59,990 nucleotides of DNA from an uncultured archaeon (lineage in GTDB: Archaea; Asgardarchaeota; Heimdallarchaeia; Heimdallarchaeales; Heimdallarchaeaceae). The notes below the pieces were generated by a model. It saw nothing but the letters and a program-made list of their open reading frames with translations. It made no database searches and was not told where the DNA came from. The DNA is taken from positions 1 to 59,990 of the forward strand of contig CAZHRF010000015.1 of assembly GCA_964534625.1 (NCBI GenBank). The letters are read 5' to 3'. Positions 18,727-29,425 of the stretch are shown piece after piece (positions within the stretch are counted from its first letter, which is position 1; the number at the start of each line of letters is the position of its first letter). A program made the translations under genes and the position numbers.

Positions 18727-19554
18727 CTAAGATTGCTTGTTATTGCTCATATATTTTTTTATAGCAAAATCAATCCAACGGTCAGGAAAAAGGTCTAGGA
18801 AGCATCTAAGGAGATTATTCCCTATCTTGTATCTAAGTTTAGGACGTTTTTTGTATATTACTTTATAACATAATTGTGCTACTTTTTCTGGATTCAAACT
18901 AGCAGTATATTCTTCAATAGTCTTTTGTACTACTTGTTGTAATTGCTTCTTGAATACAGTTTTTTCAAGATTTTGTTTATATTCCTGTACTGTGCTAGTT
19001 TCAAAACTTGTAGCAATGGCTCCTGGTTGTATAACTACAACATCAATATTGAACAATGATAATTCCCTTCTTAACGAATCTGAGTAAGCTTCTAGGCCAT
19101 ACTTGGATATACTATAAGGCCCGTTAAAAGGTAAGGCCGTCAATCTTCCACATTCGGAGCTCATATGAATGATTTTTGACTTTCGTGATTTTTTCTTTTT
19201 GTTCAATAGTGGGAAAAAGTGCTTATTAACTCTAAAGGCCCCTAAAATATTCACATCTAGTATTTGCTCCATCCTTGATGATTCAACTTCTATCAATGAT
19301 CCTCCAACAAAGATCCCTGCAGAATGTATGATAACATCAATAATTTCGTGTTTTAAGCTAATTTGTTCATAGATTTGGCCTATGTTCTTATCATCAGTTG
19401 CATCCATTCTATAAACATCCAAAAAATCTTTGGGGAGTTCAAGCAATTTGTCTACATGGATATCTGTAGCTATAACGCATATTCTTCGTTTAATGAAATA
19501 TTGCGTAATGGCAAAACCTATACCATTTCCAGCTCCTGTTATTAAAACCTTCAT
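18727..19554 (-). CDS. Short-chain dehydrogenase/reductase
   Basis: TGAGNGIG, HSAG, YSISK. Confidence 0.92.
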   Translation of the reverse strand: MKVLITGAGNGIGFAITQYFIKRRICVIATDIHVDKLLELPKDFLDVYRMDATDDKNIGQIYEQISLKHEIIDVIIHSAGIFVGGSLIEVESSRMEQILDVNILGAFRVNKHFFPLLNKKKKSRKSKIIHMSSECGRLTALPFNGPYSISKYGLEAYSDSLRRELSLFNIDVVVIQPGAIATSFETSTVQEYKQNLEKTVFKKQLQQVVQKTIEEYTASLNPEKVAQLCYKVIYKKRPKLRYKIGNNLLRCFLDLFPDRWIDFAIKKYMSNNKQS

Positions 19555-19577
19555 GCTATATTACACCTAGTTCTTCT

Positions 19578-20366
19578 TCATTTGATAACAATTTTTGGAG
19601 AAATTTTATTAGATTGATGGTCTTCTTTTTGTTTATTAATTTCTTCATGTGTATCAAACTCTTTTCCTTCTGAGCTATACTTTGCTTTAAAAAAAGTCCA
19701 AAGCAGAAATATGATGGGGATCCCAGTATTAAATTCTATAAAACTATTGAATAAGAGGACGCCTATGATACCATCATAAGGTCTAATTTCAGAGATCAGT
19801 AAACTGAATTCCATGCCAAAATGCACTAAAAAGCCTATGAAATAAAGTTCAAGTATGTCTAACCACTTTAAATATTCCAACTCCACCCAAAGAAAACGGA
19901 GTATAACTAGAAGCAAATAGCCCCCTAAAAACATAGCAAGTTGACCAGTTCTTGCCTTAGTCATATCTCTGCTTACTTCAATTACACGGTTATCTATATC
20001 AATTAATTGTGATAACAAGGCAGATAGCATCCATCCACCATATAAAAACAAAGTCCAATAGATCTTGTCTACAGTTTTTTCTTCACGAAACATCGCAGTA
20101 ACATAACTGAATTCTATCACTCCATAAGTAAAAGAAAAGTATAACAGAAATAAGTTTGGGTTCATAGGCGCAGAAATGGTTCTGGTCCCTTGTATGTGAA
20201 ACCATAGTATATTATCAGCAATAAAAACAACAACAAATCCGAATAACCCAAAAAGAAGCTCTTTGTAATATTTTTTCTTTATCAATGCTATTATCCAGAT
20301 TATGCAAAAAAGTAAATCAAAATAAATGAAATCCACATCAAAAACCCTAGCGACAATAGCATCCAT
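19578..20366 (-). CDS. Multi-pass membrane protein of unknown function
   Basis: About 7 hydrophobic segments with internally repeated layout. Confidence 0.75.
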   Translation of the reverse strand: MDAIVARVFDVDFIYFDLLFCIIWIIALIKKKYYKELLFGLFGFVVVFIADNILWFHIQGTRTISAPMNPNLFLLYFSFTYGVIEFSYVTAMFREEKTVDKIYWTLFLYGGWMLSALLSQLIDIDNRVIEVSRDMTKARTGQLAMFLGGYLLLVILRFLWVELEYLKWLDILELYFIGFLVHFGMEFSLLISEIRPYDGIIGVLLFNSFIEFNTGIPIIFLLWTFFKAKYSSEGKEFDTHEEINKQKEDHQSNKISPKIVIK

Positions 20367-20549
20367 AGAAGTAGGGGTAGACTACTATCATTTAAACCTT
20401 CTTACTTCTTTTTGAATATGCTTTCATTTTTAGAAAAACGATTTTAATCGTCATTATTTATCAAGTTTTGAGTTTTGCTTACTTTGCGAATAACCATAAA
20501 ACAAATTTTTTCATGCATTGATAATTTATTCAACTAAATTAACTCTACT

Positions 20550-20849
20550 TCAAGATAAATAGGAATCTATAGCACGTTTAATATGCTCATTGACAGAATG
20601 CCCATCTTTTTTTTGAAGTTTCTTTAATTCTTCATAAGCACCCACATCGAGAAAAATTTGTACGGTTAAATGTGTTTTTGTATCAAATTCTATTGTGATC
20701 TCTTCACCTTTTTTATACAAATCAATATAGTAAATAATCGCGTCATTAACAATCTCGTTTCTTGAAATGTCTTCTGACTCTTGTTTTTCTTTAATTTTTT
20801 TCAATAAACTATGATTGAGAGCTATTGAATAAAGTTTAGACTTTGTCAT
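20550..20849 (-). CDS. Tandem ribbon-helix-helix (CopG-like) DNA-binding protein
   Basis: Two RHH-like units: YSIAL...ISRNEIVNDAI and VQIFL...SVNEHIKRAIDSYL. Confidence 0.6.
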   Translation of the reverse strand: MTKSKLYSIALNHSLLKKIKEKQESEDISRNEIVNDAIIYYIDLYKKGEEITIEFDTKTHLTVQIFLDVGAYEELKKLQKKDGHSVNEHIKRAIDSYLS

Positions 20850-20974
20850 AGGTCAACATCTTTCTCTGGATATATAAGGTTTAAAGTAGTAGTACCTCCA
20901 AAATAGCGTTGAGATACCATAATTTCTTGAATTAAAAGAGAAAAAGGGTGGGTTCTTGATTTTACAGCGATTCT

Positions 20975-22564
20975 TTACAAACGTGGCTGTAATTTTCTAT
21001 CTTGTGGAAACGTAACTGTAAAGTCATAGAGTATTTTTAACTCTTCAGATCCTTTTAAATTTAGCTCCCACTCAAACACATTTTGATTTTTCTTTTCAGG
21101 TTCTACAGGTTTAATATTATTCAGCTCAATATTTACGTTTTCATCTGTTGAGTGAGGAATACGATCTACTATTTTGAGTTTTACAGATTCTTCTTTGAAA
21201 TTTTTCATTTTTATTTCATATCCAAAATCCATCACTCGTTTGCCTTTAATCATACCTTTTTTCGATACTTCTCTTTTCACTAGCTCTTTTTCTATTTTAA
21301 GATCAAAACTTTCTACAACCCCCAATTCGAACTTTTCTTTTGGATGAATTAGCGGAATTGTTGTTTGGCTGATATATTCCCCTTTAAGAAACACTTTAAC
21401 TTTACCAGGTAATAAGAAATATTTTTCATTTTCCAATTCGTGTGTGAGAACCACTTTAGGATTTGTTGAAGCCCAATAAAACATTCTTTCTAAAGGCAAT
21501 TCAAACGCATCTAGATGCAGTGTTTTAGGTTCTTTTGAGCTTTCAATTGTGTTCTTGCCCTTTATTTCAAATGTTTGTTGCCCAGTCTCTGAGATATCTA
21601 TCTGTGCTGTTCTTATTTCCATCTCTTCCTCAGGTTCTTGTCTTCCGATTTTACCGCCTCCAAGAGCTGCTGTTGGGGCAGGCATACTTGCTTCCATTCC
21701 CATCTGAGGTCTCATCACAGACCGCTTAGCTTTAGTGGGAATAGATTTGTACTCGGGTTGTAATCCCACATAAAAGGGATGAACTTCAGACATTTCTACA
21801 GGTATTCTATTAGACGTACTAATCACAACAGAAACATTGTTCCAATCGAATCCGCTTTTATTTGTTATGCGAGCTAAACGTTGTATATTTGCTCTTTCTT
21901 TTGATAAATCAACCATGTAGAGTGGATTCCACCAAACATTACCCACACTATAGCTGACTTCTAACTCAATCTTTGTTGTAGCTGTAACATCTAGGGTCAC
22001 GTCTATTTCATAGTATTGATCTTTAGTTTGCGAAAGCTGATTCATTCTTGATTCCAAAACACGGATCTCCTTTTGTAAGTCTTCTATTTTTTTATTTAAT
22101 TTCAATCTGCTTTTCCTATTGGCTTCAGCCTGTTCACTATAAAAAACATAAAATGCATTAAATTGATCGATTTCCATACCTTTTCTAATGCCCCATTCAC
22201 CAAACTGTGAGGAAATTGAGTGAATAAGTTCATCTAATGAATCTATAGATTGATTTGTCACCTCTACTTCTGCTTCTTTTTCTTTCAATTCTTCTTTCAG
22301 TTTTTTTATTTTTACTTCAATTTCTGACAAATCTTTGTCATCCAATTTTTCATAAAAATACCGAGGTACAACATCGATCAGCGTAATTTTTCCTTTTCCC
22401 GTTACTTTAATAGAATCTTCATCTAAAAAACGTGAGATTTTAGTCAAAGTAACTGTCTGCTCTCCTTCTTTTAAGTCCAATTTGCCTAGATGGCTTATAA
22501 TAGCGCCATCAGTTAGGACAATAACAGAATCAATGGGTAGTTCAAGTTTATTTTTTTCTTCCAT
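20975..22564 (-). CDS. DUF4140/DUF4139 (MuiA-like) protein
   Basis: N-terminal IDSVIV..DGA.I, coiled coil, SY.V..V.W.P.Y, NKSGFDWNNV, LLPG, DRIPHS. Confidence 0.85.
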   Translation of the reverse strand: MEEKNKLELPIDSVIVLTDGAIISHLGKLDLKEGEQTVTLTKISRFLDEDSIKVTGKGKITLIDVVPRYFYEKLDDKDLSEIEVKIKKLKEELKEKEAEVEVTNQSIDSLDELIHSISSQFGEWGIRKGMEIDQFNAFYVFYSEQAEANRKSRLKLNKKIEDLQKEIRVLESRMNQLSQTKDQYYEIDVTLDVTATTKIELEVSYSVGNVWWNPLYMVDLSKERANIQRLARITNKSGFDWNNVSVVISTSNRIPVEMSEVHPFYVGLQPEYKSIPTKAKRSVMRPQMGMEASMPAPTAALGGGKIGRQEPEEEMEIRTAQIDISETGQQTFEIKGKNTIESSKEPKTLHLDAFELPLERMFYWASTNPKVVLTHELENEKYFLLPGKVKVFLKGEYISQTTIPLIHPKEKFELGVVESFDLKIEKELVKREVSKKGMIKGKRVMDFGYEIKMKNFKEESVKLKIVDRIPHSTDENVNIELNNIKPVEPEKKNQNVFEWELNLKGSEELKILYDFTVTFPQDRKLQPRL

Positions 22565-22921
22565 ACCTTGTTAAAGGTATTTCACCTATTTAAGATTAAT
22601 TCTAAGAAAGCAATTGTTAATTTCGGAGGAATCTGAAAGAATACAACCTATGAGGCGGATTATTCTTAATTGGTAGAGTTCCTTATGTTAAGCTAAACAC
22701 AAAATGTGCCAAAAAAATCTTCTTAGATATATATATATCTAGAGAAAGAGAAAAAAAAAGATCTCATTATCATTTAGATCTTTTATATTCATTGAATATA
22801 ACGCTTTGTTTTGTTTATCCTACTAAAAACCTAGTTTAGCCTAATTTTTTTCATATATAGTCAAATTATTAACGGAAAAGATAATAGCCTTTAAATAGAT
22901 TTATGTGTATTATTAACCGTT

Positions 22922-23658
22922 ATGACTTCAAACCATCTTGTAGATAGAATGCTTGAGGAAATAGAAACAAATCCCGCTCTTAAACGGAAGCTCAAGTTGG
23001 CTCTAGATTCAGACCAATATGCAACAAAAGAGGATATTAAAGCTGTATTAACTGAATTAAAACAGCTAAGAATTGACATGAATAAAAGGTTTGAAGCAGT
23101 AGATAGAAGGTTTGAAGCAGTAGATAAAAGGTTTGAGCAACTTATTAAGGAAATGAAGGAAAAATTCAAGGCTTCCGACAAGAGGATTGAACAACTTATT
23201 ACAGAAATGAACAAAAGATTTGAAGGTATGTCAAATATCCTGAATAAAATGGGGCTAGGTTTGGAGAAGGTTTAGAATTATTCAGTCAGTCATTTTTGTT
23301 TGCTATTTTACAAGGAAAAGGTTTTTTAGCTTATACAGAACGAAATAAGTTACAATGGCGAAGGAGATTTCCTGATCCCGAGATGATAACTGGTCATTCC
23401 TTGGTTGAAATTGATATCTTTTGCGAAGACCCCTTAATTGCAGTAGAAGTGACTGGTGAGATAGGATCTATTGAAAAAGTGGACAAATTTATTGACAAAT
23501 TGAAATTTCTTGAAACAAAATATAAGAAAAAGCCAAAAGGGATCATTATAACCTATGAAATTAAGCCAGGAATTATAAACCCCGTACATGCACTTATTGA
23601 AAAACATGACATCTATCTTCATATGATAGGTCATCCTCTTGATTTTGATAAATTATAA
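22922..23658 (+). pseudogene. Coiled-coil repeat + PD-(D/E)xK nuclease-like protein (DUF3782-like), split by a 1-nt frameshift
   Basis: RFEAVD heptad repeats (21-bp tandem). Adding one G to GGGG at 23251-23254 gives MGARFGEGLE, in frame with the 23296 ORF that carries VEIDI...AVEVT. Confidence 0.7.
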
Positions 23659-23890
23659 AGTAGCATGATCATCTGTGTTTTCAAACCCATAAATAATCCG
23701 TTTCTAACTTTATTTTCTGAGTTTCAAGCTTATAATTGAATATTTGTCTGTCAAATTCACAGCAAAGTAACTGGAAAAAAAAAGTTTTAGACTACGAATG
23801 GCAGCACAGAACATAGTTTAGGGAGAGAACTAGTTGATTTTAATATAAGAGTAAAGGAAAAGAAAAAAACAGAGGGTTCAATCTCTATTA

Positions 23891-24550
23891 TTAGTCCTTC
23901 TTTAACTGCTTTCTAGTCAAATAGGCTTGGAATAATTCCATCACACCAAAGACAGAACCAAAAATTATACCATGAAATATACTGAATTCCGTATTATCTA
24001 TTGCTAGAAAGGTTATAGTGACATTAGAGATAAATAAGTATCCCAAGATATTGACTATTGCAGTTAGCATTATTAGAACAGGGGTTAAATATTCAACCAT
24101 CCTTAATTGGCCGGGAAGAACAAATGTTCTATCAATAAGCAATGCTATACCCATTATTATACCTATGCTTGGCATAACTAAGAAATAAAGGGTTTCATTA
24201 CTAGTAATGATTATAGCTATGATTATAAATACAAAAGCGATATTAATGGGTTGTTTATAAAAAGGGGGCTTTTCTTCACTCTCTTTGATAATTTTAGTTT
24301 GATTCGATAAAAAGTGAGTCATTAACAATCCAACTGGGATGATCAGTACCCAAGGAATGAAAACTGGTCCATACTCAAAAATGTATGCTGCAAACGTGAA
24401 ATCAATTATACCTGCTATAATTAATAATAGTCCCCAGATTATCCTTTCAACAGCTATAATTTGGAGTTTATATCTTTTTTCAAAATTCTTTATTTTCTCC
24501 ATGTAACTCAAAAGTTCACGTATTTCTTCTGGGGAAATTTTTTTAGTCAT
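23891..24550 (-). CDS. Multi-pass membrane protein (divergent from a winged-helix regulator)
   Basis: About 6 TM segments, IIWG motif. Confidence 0.75.
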   Translation of the reverse strand: MTKKISPEEIRELLSYMEKIKNFEKRYKLQIIAVERIIWGLLLIIAGIIDFTFAAYIFEYGPVFIPWVLIIPVGLLMTHFLSNQTKIIKESEEKPPFYKQPINIAFVFIIIAIIITSNETLYFLVMPSIGIIMGIALLIDRTFVLPGQLRMVEYLTPVLIMLTAIVNILGYLFISNVTITFLAIDNTEFSIFHGIIFGSVFGVMELFQAYLTRKQLKKD

Positions 24551-24659
24551 TATGTGTTAATTTCAGTAGGAGTATATAAAACATAAACCTAGTTTGTATA
24601 ACAAAGCCAAAGGAAATACTAATTAAGTGAGTTTGATACTACCATTCTAAGGGTATCAA

Positions 24660-25013
24660 ATGCACGAAGAAACGGTGAGACATAATAATAATCTCAAGAT
24701 TAAAGATATCACTAAGATTAATGACATCATACACACGCCAGTCCGTCTTGCTATGATGATGTTTTTGCTTCCTCGTGGAAAGGCACTCTTCACCGAAATA
24801 CAAGAAGCATTAGATTTAACAGCTGGTAATCTATCTTCACATACAAAGAAGTTGGAAGAAAATGGTTTTGTTCAAGTTCAAAAAGCATTTATTAAAGCCA
24901 AACCCACCACAATAATATATCTAACAGACAATGGAATAAAAGCCATGCAAGAATATGCTAATTTGATGACCAATGTACTTGGCAACATGTTAGAACAAAA
25001 TGAAAAAAAATAG
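24660..25013 (+). CDS. Winged-helix transcriptional regulator (ArsR/MarR-like, HTH_34 type)
   Basis: IIHTPVRLAMM, LTAGNLSSH.KKLEENG, KP.T...LT..G. Confidence 0.85.
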   Translation: MHEETVRHNNNLKIKDITKINDIIHTPVRLAMMMFLLPRGKALFTEIQEALDLTAGNLSSHTKKLEENGFVQVQKAFIKAKPTTIIYLTDNGIKAMQEYANLMTNVLGNMLEQNEKK

Positions 25014-25042
25014 AACTCTCTCCCTTTTTATAGATTGCAATT

Positions 25043-26356
25043 CTACTTTGGTCTAAAGTGTTTTCTAGTATAGATTATCAATCCCAACACCAAATACGTT
25101 ATTGATAAAACAGCTAGTAATCCGAGATCAAACCAATTATCTTGTAAAGTTCTCTGCCCTAAAATAATTGATCTCAATATTCTTATTGCTGGAGTTGAAG
25201 GTAAAATGTCAAACATTCTGAATGAGTATCCACCTAGCCATGCGATATTGGTGATTAATTCAGGATTTGGCATCATGCTAAAACCACCAGATAAGAAAGT
25301 CATTGGGACAGCTATTAAATTTGCCAACCCTTCTGCATCCTGACTACCTCCTGCTAAACCAGCAAGTAAGAAAGCGATTCCTGTCGTTGCAAAGGATAAT
25401 ATAACACCTACAAGGATGCCTGATAATACATGAATCGTTGGTTCAATACCAAATACTATTGCAGTTCCGAACATTATTGGAACTTGAATGCTCACTAGTA
25501 TAGCTTGACTAACTATTAGTGCTAGAACATAGATTTTGGCTGGTACTCGAGTTAATCGTATACGCTCTAAAGTTTTTGATTCTACATCACGCATTGTAAC
25601 ACCAGCAGAAGATGTTAAAGATTGAAGAACACCAAAAATAATCACACCAGGCACAATATAATGGAATCCCGTAAACCCTTTAGTTGCATAGCTACCTTTA
25701 ATATTTGTTTGAACACCAGTTTGTTGATCAGTATTACCCAATTGAAAGAAAATATCACTAAATTCTCTAATTATTGTTCCAGTTACCGCAAATTCTTGCA
25801 GAGAAGCATCACCCTCTACTGTTATAGTAAGGTTCTCGACTACATCAGGATATCCTTCCCAGTTGTTTGTAGCTGAAGCCAATTCTGTGTTGTTGTGGTA
25901 ATATTCTTTAAAGGAGGATAACACTCCCAAACTGAAATTTTCAGGTAGTAAAACAATAGCTACAATGTCTCTTCTTTCTAATTTGAACATCGCATTGTCA
26001 TATTCAGAATGATTCATCACTTGCAACGAAAATAAAGTCGTGTTGTCCTTTGAATCAGGATAGATAAGCTCATCTAATAATTTAACATATTTTTCTGAAT
26101 AGAAAGTACCAGAAACAAGTTGTTCACCATAAAAGGCTATGGTATTTTCAGGTATTCCTGTATCAGTATTAATAATCACAATTTCCATTGTATTGGCATT
26201 ATTTGCTGTCCCAGAATAAGATATCCCAAAAACAGCTATAAAGATGAGTGGAAAGATGATTGTGAAAAAGAAAGCCATCTTTTGACGGTATATAGCTTTC
26301 AAATTGGTATCAATTAGTTTTATAAACATATTATCTTTAATTTTCATTGTTTTCAC
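25043..26356 (-). CDS. ABC-2 type transporter permease
   Basis: FFTIIFPLIF, large extracellular loop, YIVPG, TLERI, FLSGGF. Confidence 0.88.
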   Translation of the reverse strand: MKTMKIKDNMFIKLIDTNLKAIYRQKMAFFFTIIFPLIFIAVFGISYSGTANNANTMEIVIINTDTGIPENTIAFYGEQLVSGTFYSEKYVKLLDELIYPDSKDNTTLFSLQVMNHSEYDNAMFKLERRDIVAIVLLPENFSLGVLSSFKEYYHNNTELASATNNWEGYPDVVENLTITVEGDASLQEFAVTGTIIREFSDIFFQLGNTDQQTGVQTNIKGSYATKGFTGFHYIVPGVIIFGVLQSLTSSAGVTMRDVESKTLERIRLTRVPAKIYVLALIVSQAILVSIQVPIMFGTAIVFGIEPTIHVLSGILVGVILSFATTGIAFLLAGLAGGSQDAEGLANLIAVPMTFLSGGFSMMPNPELITNIAWLGGYSFRMFDILPSTPAIRILRSIILGQRTLQDNWFDLGLLAVLSITYLVLGLIIYTRKHFRPK

Positions 26357-27335
26357 TCTGTATATCTTCTAAATGATTATTCCCTTCCCTAAGTTGTTTT
26401 CCTGTTAGATGCAAGAACACATCTTCTAATGTTCCTAGTCGTAATTGGATGTCTTGGAGATAATTAACAGCGTTTGATTTTTCAAGTATTCCCATTACTT
26501 TCGTAATGTCGGATACGCCTGTAGATGTTTTAATATAATGGCGTTCATTTTCAGTAATTAATTGAGGATATTTTGCTTTTAGCTTGCCTAGTAGTTTTTC
26601 TTCCTGTTTCTTATCAATATTCTTAGAAAATTGAAGTTCAATTGTTTCTCCCGTTTTATGCTTGTTTTTCAATTCATCAGGGGTACCGATTGTTAGCACT
26701 TTTCCATGATCAATAATGGCGATTCGGTCACTTAACCTATCTGCAACTTCCATCAAATGAGTCGTTAAGATTATTGTAACGCCTTCATTTTGAACGAGAT
26801 TATCAATACTCTCCCAAAGAACATTGCGACTTTGGGGATCCATTCCGGCAGAGGGTTCGTCTAAAAAAAGTATCTCAGGCGAATGAAGAAGACTAAGAGC
26901 GATGTTGAGCCTTCTTTTTTGTCCTCCGCTCATATTTTCTGCTTTACGATCTGAAAGGTCCAATAACTGAAATAATTCCATTAATTCAAATATTCTTTCT
27001 TCCGCATTGGGAACATTGTAAAGACTAGCGAATAAGCGCATGTTTTCTAGGCAATTAAGAAAAGGATAAAAAACAAGCTCTTGGGGGGTATAACCTATTA
27101 ATCCTTTGAGTTCAGAAAGATTGCCATTAAGTTTCTTTCCATTAACTAGGATCTCACCATTATCTGGTTTCAAAATGCCAACAAGCATTTTGATATAGGT
27201 TGTCTTTCCAGCACCATTAGGGCCCAAGAAGCCAAGTACTTCACCTTTGTACAATTCAAGGTTTATACCTTGTACAGCCTTGACTTTTTTATCGTAAGTT
27301 TTTACTAATTGTTTTGTTTGTAGTACGACTGACAT
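26337..27335 (-). CDS. ABC transporter ATP-binding protein (start probably MSVVLQ at 27335)
   Basis: GPNGAGKTT, MSGGQKRR, LFLDEP, TTHLMEVA. Confidence 0.93.
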   Translation of the reverse strand: MSVVLQTKQLVKTYDKKVKAVQGINLELYKGEVLGFLGPNGAGKTTYIKMLVGILKPDNGEILVNGKKLNGNLSELKGLIGYTPQELVFYPFLNCLENMRLFASLYNVPNAEERIFELMELFQLLDLSDRKAENMSGGQKRRLNIALSLLHSPEILFLDEPSAGMDPQSRNVLWESIDNLVQNEGVTIILTTHLMEVADRLSDRIAIIDHGKVLTIGTPDELKNKHKTGETIELQFSKNIDKKQEEKLLGKLKAKYPQLITENERHYIKTSTGVSDITKVMGILEKSNAVNYLQDIQLRLGTLEDVFLHLTGKQLREGNNHLEDIQSENNEN

Positions 27336-27484
27336 AAGATACATTTGAATAGTTAGTATATAAAGAGAGAAATTTCTTGTAAAAACAGAGTAGTTTAAGT
27401 AACAGACAAGTTTGTTCCACAAACCAAATATTCACTCATTGTTATGACCGACATAAATGACAAAAAATTATTTAATAAAAAAAA

Positions 27485-29158
27485 TTAGGAAAACATTTTT
27501 TTTATGTCTTCCTCAGGTGTTGTTGTTGGTTTAATCTCAAATTTTTCTACCAATATATCCACAACATTTTTAGATAGAAATGCAGGAAGAGTTGGTCCCA
27601 ATCTGATATCTTTTACTCCTAACGCCAATAAAGCTAATAACACAATAACCGCTTTTTGTTCATACCAAGCTATATCAAAAGCTAGTGGCAATTCGTTTAC
27701 AGACAATCCTGTTTCTTTTGAGATTTCTAATGCTAAGACAGCCAATGAATAAGAATCATTACATTGTCCCGCATCAATAATTCTTGGAAAGTTACTTATA
27801 GTACCAAGATCTAAATGATTATATCTAAACTTAGCACAACCAGAGGTTAATATTATACTATCTTCAGGCAAGTGTTTAGCTACTTCTGTAAAATATTCTC
27901 TTGACTTAAATCTTCCATCACAGCCACTCATAACTATAAATTTACTAATCTGTCCTTTCTGCACTGCTTCTAGGATTTTTTCTTTGTTAGTAAGAAGCGT
28001 ATTTCTAGCAAAACCTATTGGAATTTTTTTCATTGGTCTTTCTTTTAAATCGCCTAGTTCTATTGCTTGTTCTATTATTTTGCTAAAATCTTTTTGTTTT
28101 CCTTTTTCTCTGTCTGATATATGTTTAGTATCTGGCCATGCTACTAGTCCTGTTGTATAAATTCTATCACTGTATGAATTTTTAGGTTTTTGTAAGCAAT
28201 TTGTTGTCATAAGGATGGGCCCTTCAAATTCTTCAAACTCTGTTTGTTGATTATACCAGCTAGTACCATAGTTCCCTATCAAGTGAGGATATTTCTTTAA
28301 TTTTGGATAAGCATTAGCGGGTAGCATTTCACCATGCGTATAAATATTTACACCTTTTCCTTCAGATTGGATTAGTAATTCTTCTAAATCTAAAAGGTCA
28401 TGCCCACTAACAAGTATTCCTGGTGCGGGTAACGTTCCCCATGTCATTTCTGTAATTTCTGGATCACCATATGTTTCTGTATTGGCTTTATCCAATAAGG
28501 CCATTACCTTAACTCCGTTGTTACCTGTTTCAATTGTCAACTCATACAATTCGTCAATAGTTGCATCTGTTAGAAGTGTAGAGAGAGCACCGTGGACAAA
28601 AGTCATAATCTCACCATCATAATAACCGAGTATATAAGCATGATCTGCATAAGCAGCTATTCCTTTAAGTCCTATAAGGATAAGATTCTTCAAAGAGCGT
28701 ACATCTTCATTGGGTTCTGATAATACTCCTTGTTCCATACCTTTTGCAACTAGGTCATCACGAGAGGCATTTTCTTTGTACCATCTAGCTGCTTGTGGTA
28801 CTGCTCCCTCATAGTCAGTGCCTTTTTCTTCCTTATATTTCTCCAAATACTGATCTTTAATGTAATCTCGTATCATAAATGCTTCTTTTATTTGAGTCTC
28901 TATTCTTTCTGGATCAAAATTTACATTAGTTATTGTTGAAAACAATGCTTCTATGACAAATTTATCCACATCTTTTTCAATCACATCTAATTTTCGTGCT
29001 TCATTCGCATAAAAGCCAATTCCTTTCACAATGAACAATAACATATCCTGTAGACAAGATACTTCTGCTGTTTTTCCACAAATACCTTTAACCGTACATC
29101 CTTCATTTTTCAATGTTTCTTGGCATTGATAACAAAACATATTCATAGTTTTACTCAT
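27485..29158 (-). CDS. hcp: Hydroxylamine reductase (hybrid-cluster protein)
   Basis: MFCYQCQET..GC...G.CGK, SGHDL, YTHGEM, TTNC, GCDG, GQCNDSY, WYEQKA. Confidence 0.97.
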   Translation of the reverse strand: MSKTMNMFCYQCQETLKNEGCTVKGICGKTAEVSCLQDMLLFIVKGIGFYANEARKLDVIEKDVDKFVIEALFSTITNVNFDPERIETQIKEAFMIRDYIKDQYLEKYKEEKGTDYEGAVPQAARWYKENASRDDLVAKGMEQGVLSEPNEDVRSLKNLILIGLKGIAAYADHAYILGYYDGEIMTFVHGALSTLLTDATIDELYELTIETGNNGVKVMALLDKANTETYGDPEITEMTWGTLPAPGILVSGHDLLDLEELLIQSEGKGVNIYTHGEMLPANAYPKLKKYPHLIGNYGTSWYNQQTEFEEFEGPILMTTNCLQKPKNSYSDRIYTTGLVAWPDTKHISDREKGKQKDFSKIIEQAIELGDLKERPMKKIPIGFARNTLLTNKEKILEAVQKGQISKFIVMSGCDGRFKSREYFTEVAKHLPEDSIILTSGCAKFRYNHLDLGTISNFPRIIDAGQCNDSYSLAVLALEISKETGLSVNELPLAFDIAWYEQKAVIVLLALLALGVKDIRLGPTLPAFLSKNVVDILVEKFEIKPTTTPEEDIKKMFS

Positions 29159-29425
29159 TTTTTCACCTTAACTATTCTTTTTTTCTTACTTTTGACATTC
29201 TTCAATCATGCCACAATATAGGTGTCCTATATATTATATTTAAATATTTGTTTTTACCAAGAGTTTCAAAAGAGCGTCTAAATCAGCAATTTCACAAACG
29301 GATTCACATCTAGGCATGAAAATAAAATACGGATAATATCAAAAATCTTCATTGATTCACTAACATCTATTTCTATTTAGATGAGGAACTTTTTTCAAAA
29401 TCCCCAAACCTGTTTTGGATATAAA

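Noticed and set aside
20890-22635. Composite transposon of MITE ends around the DUF4139 gene
   Set aside because: The right-hand candidate (TTAATTTCGGAGGAAT near 22617) is too degenerate and no target duplication was seen
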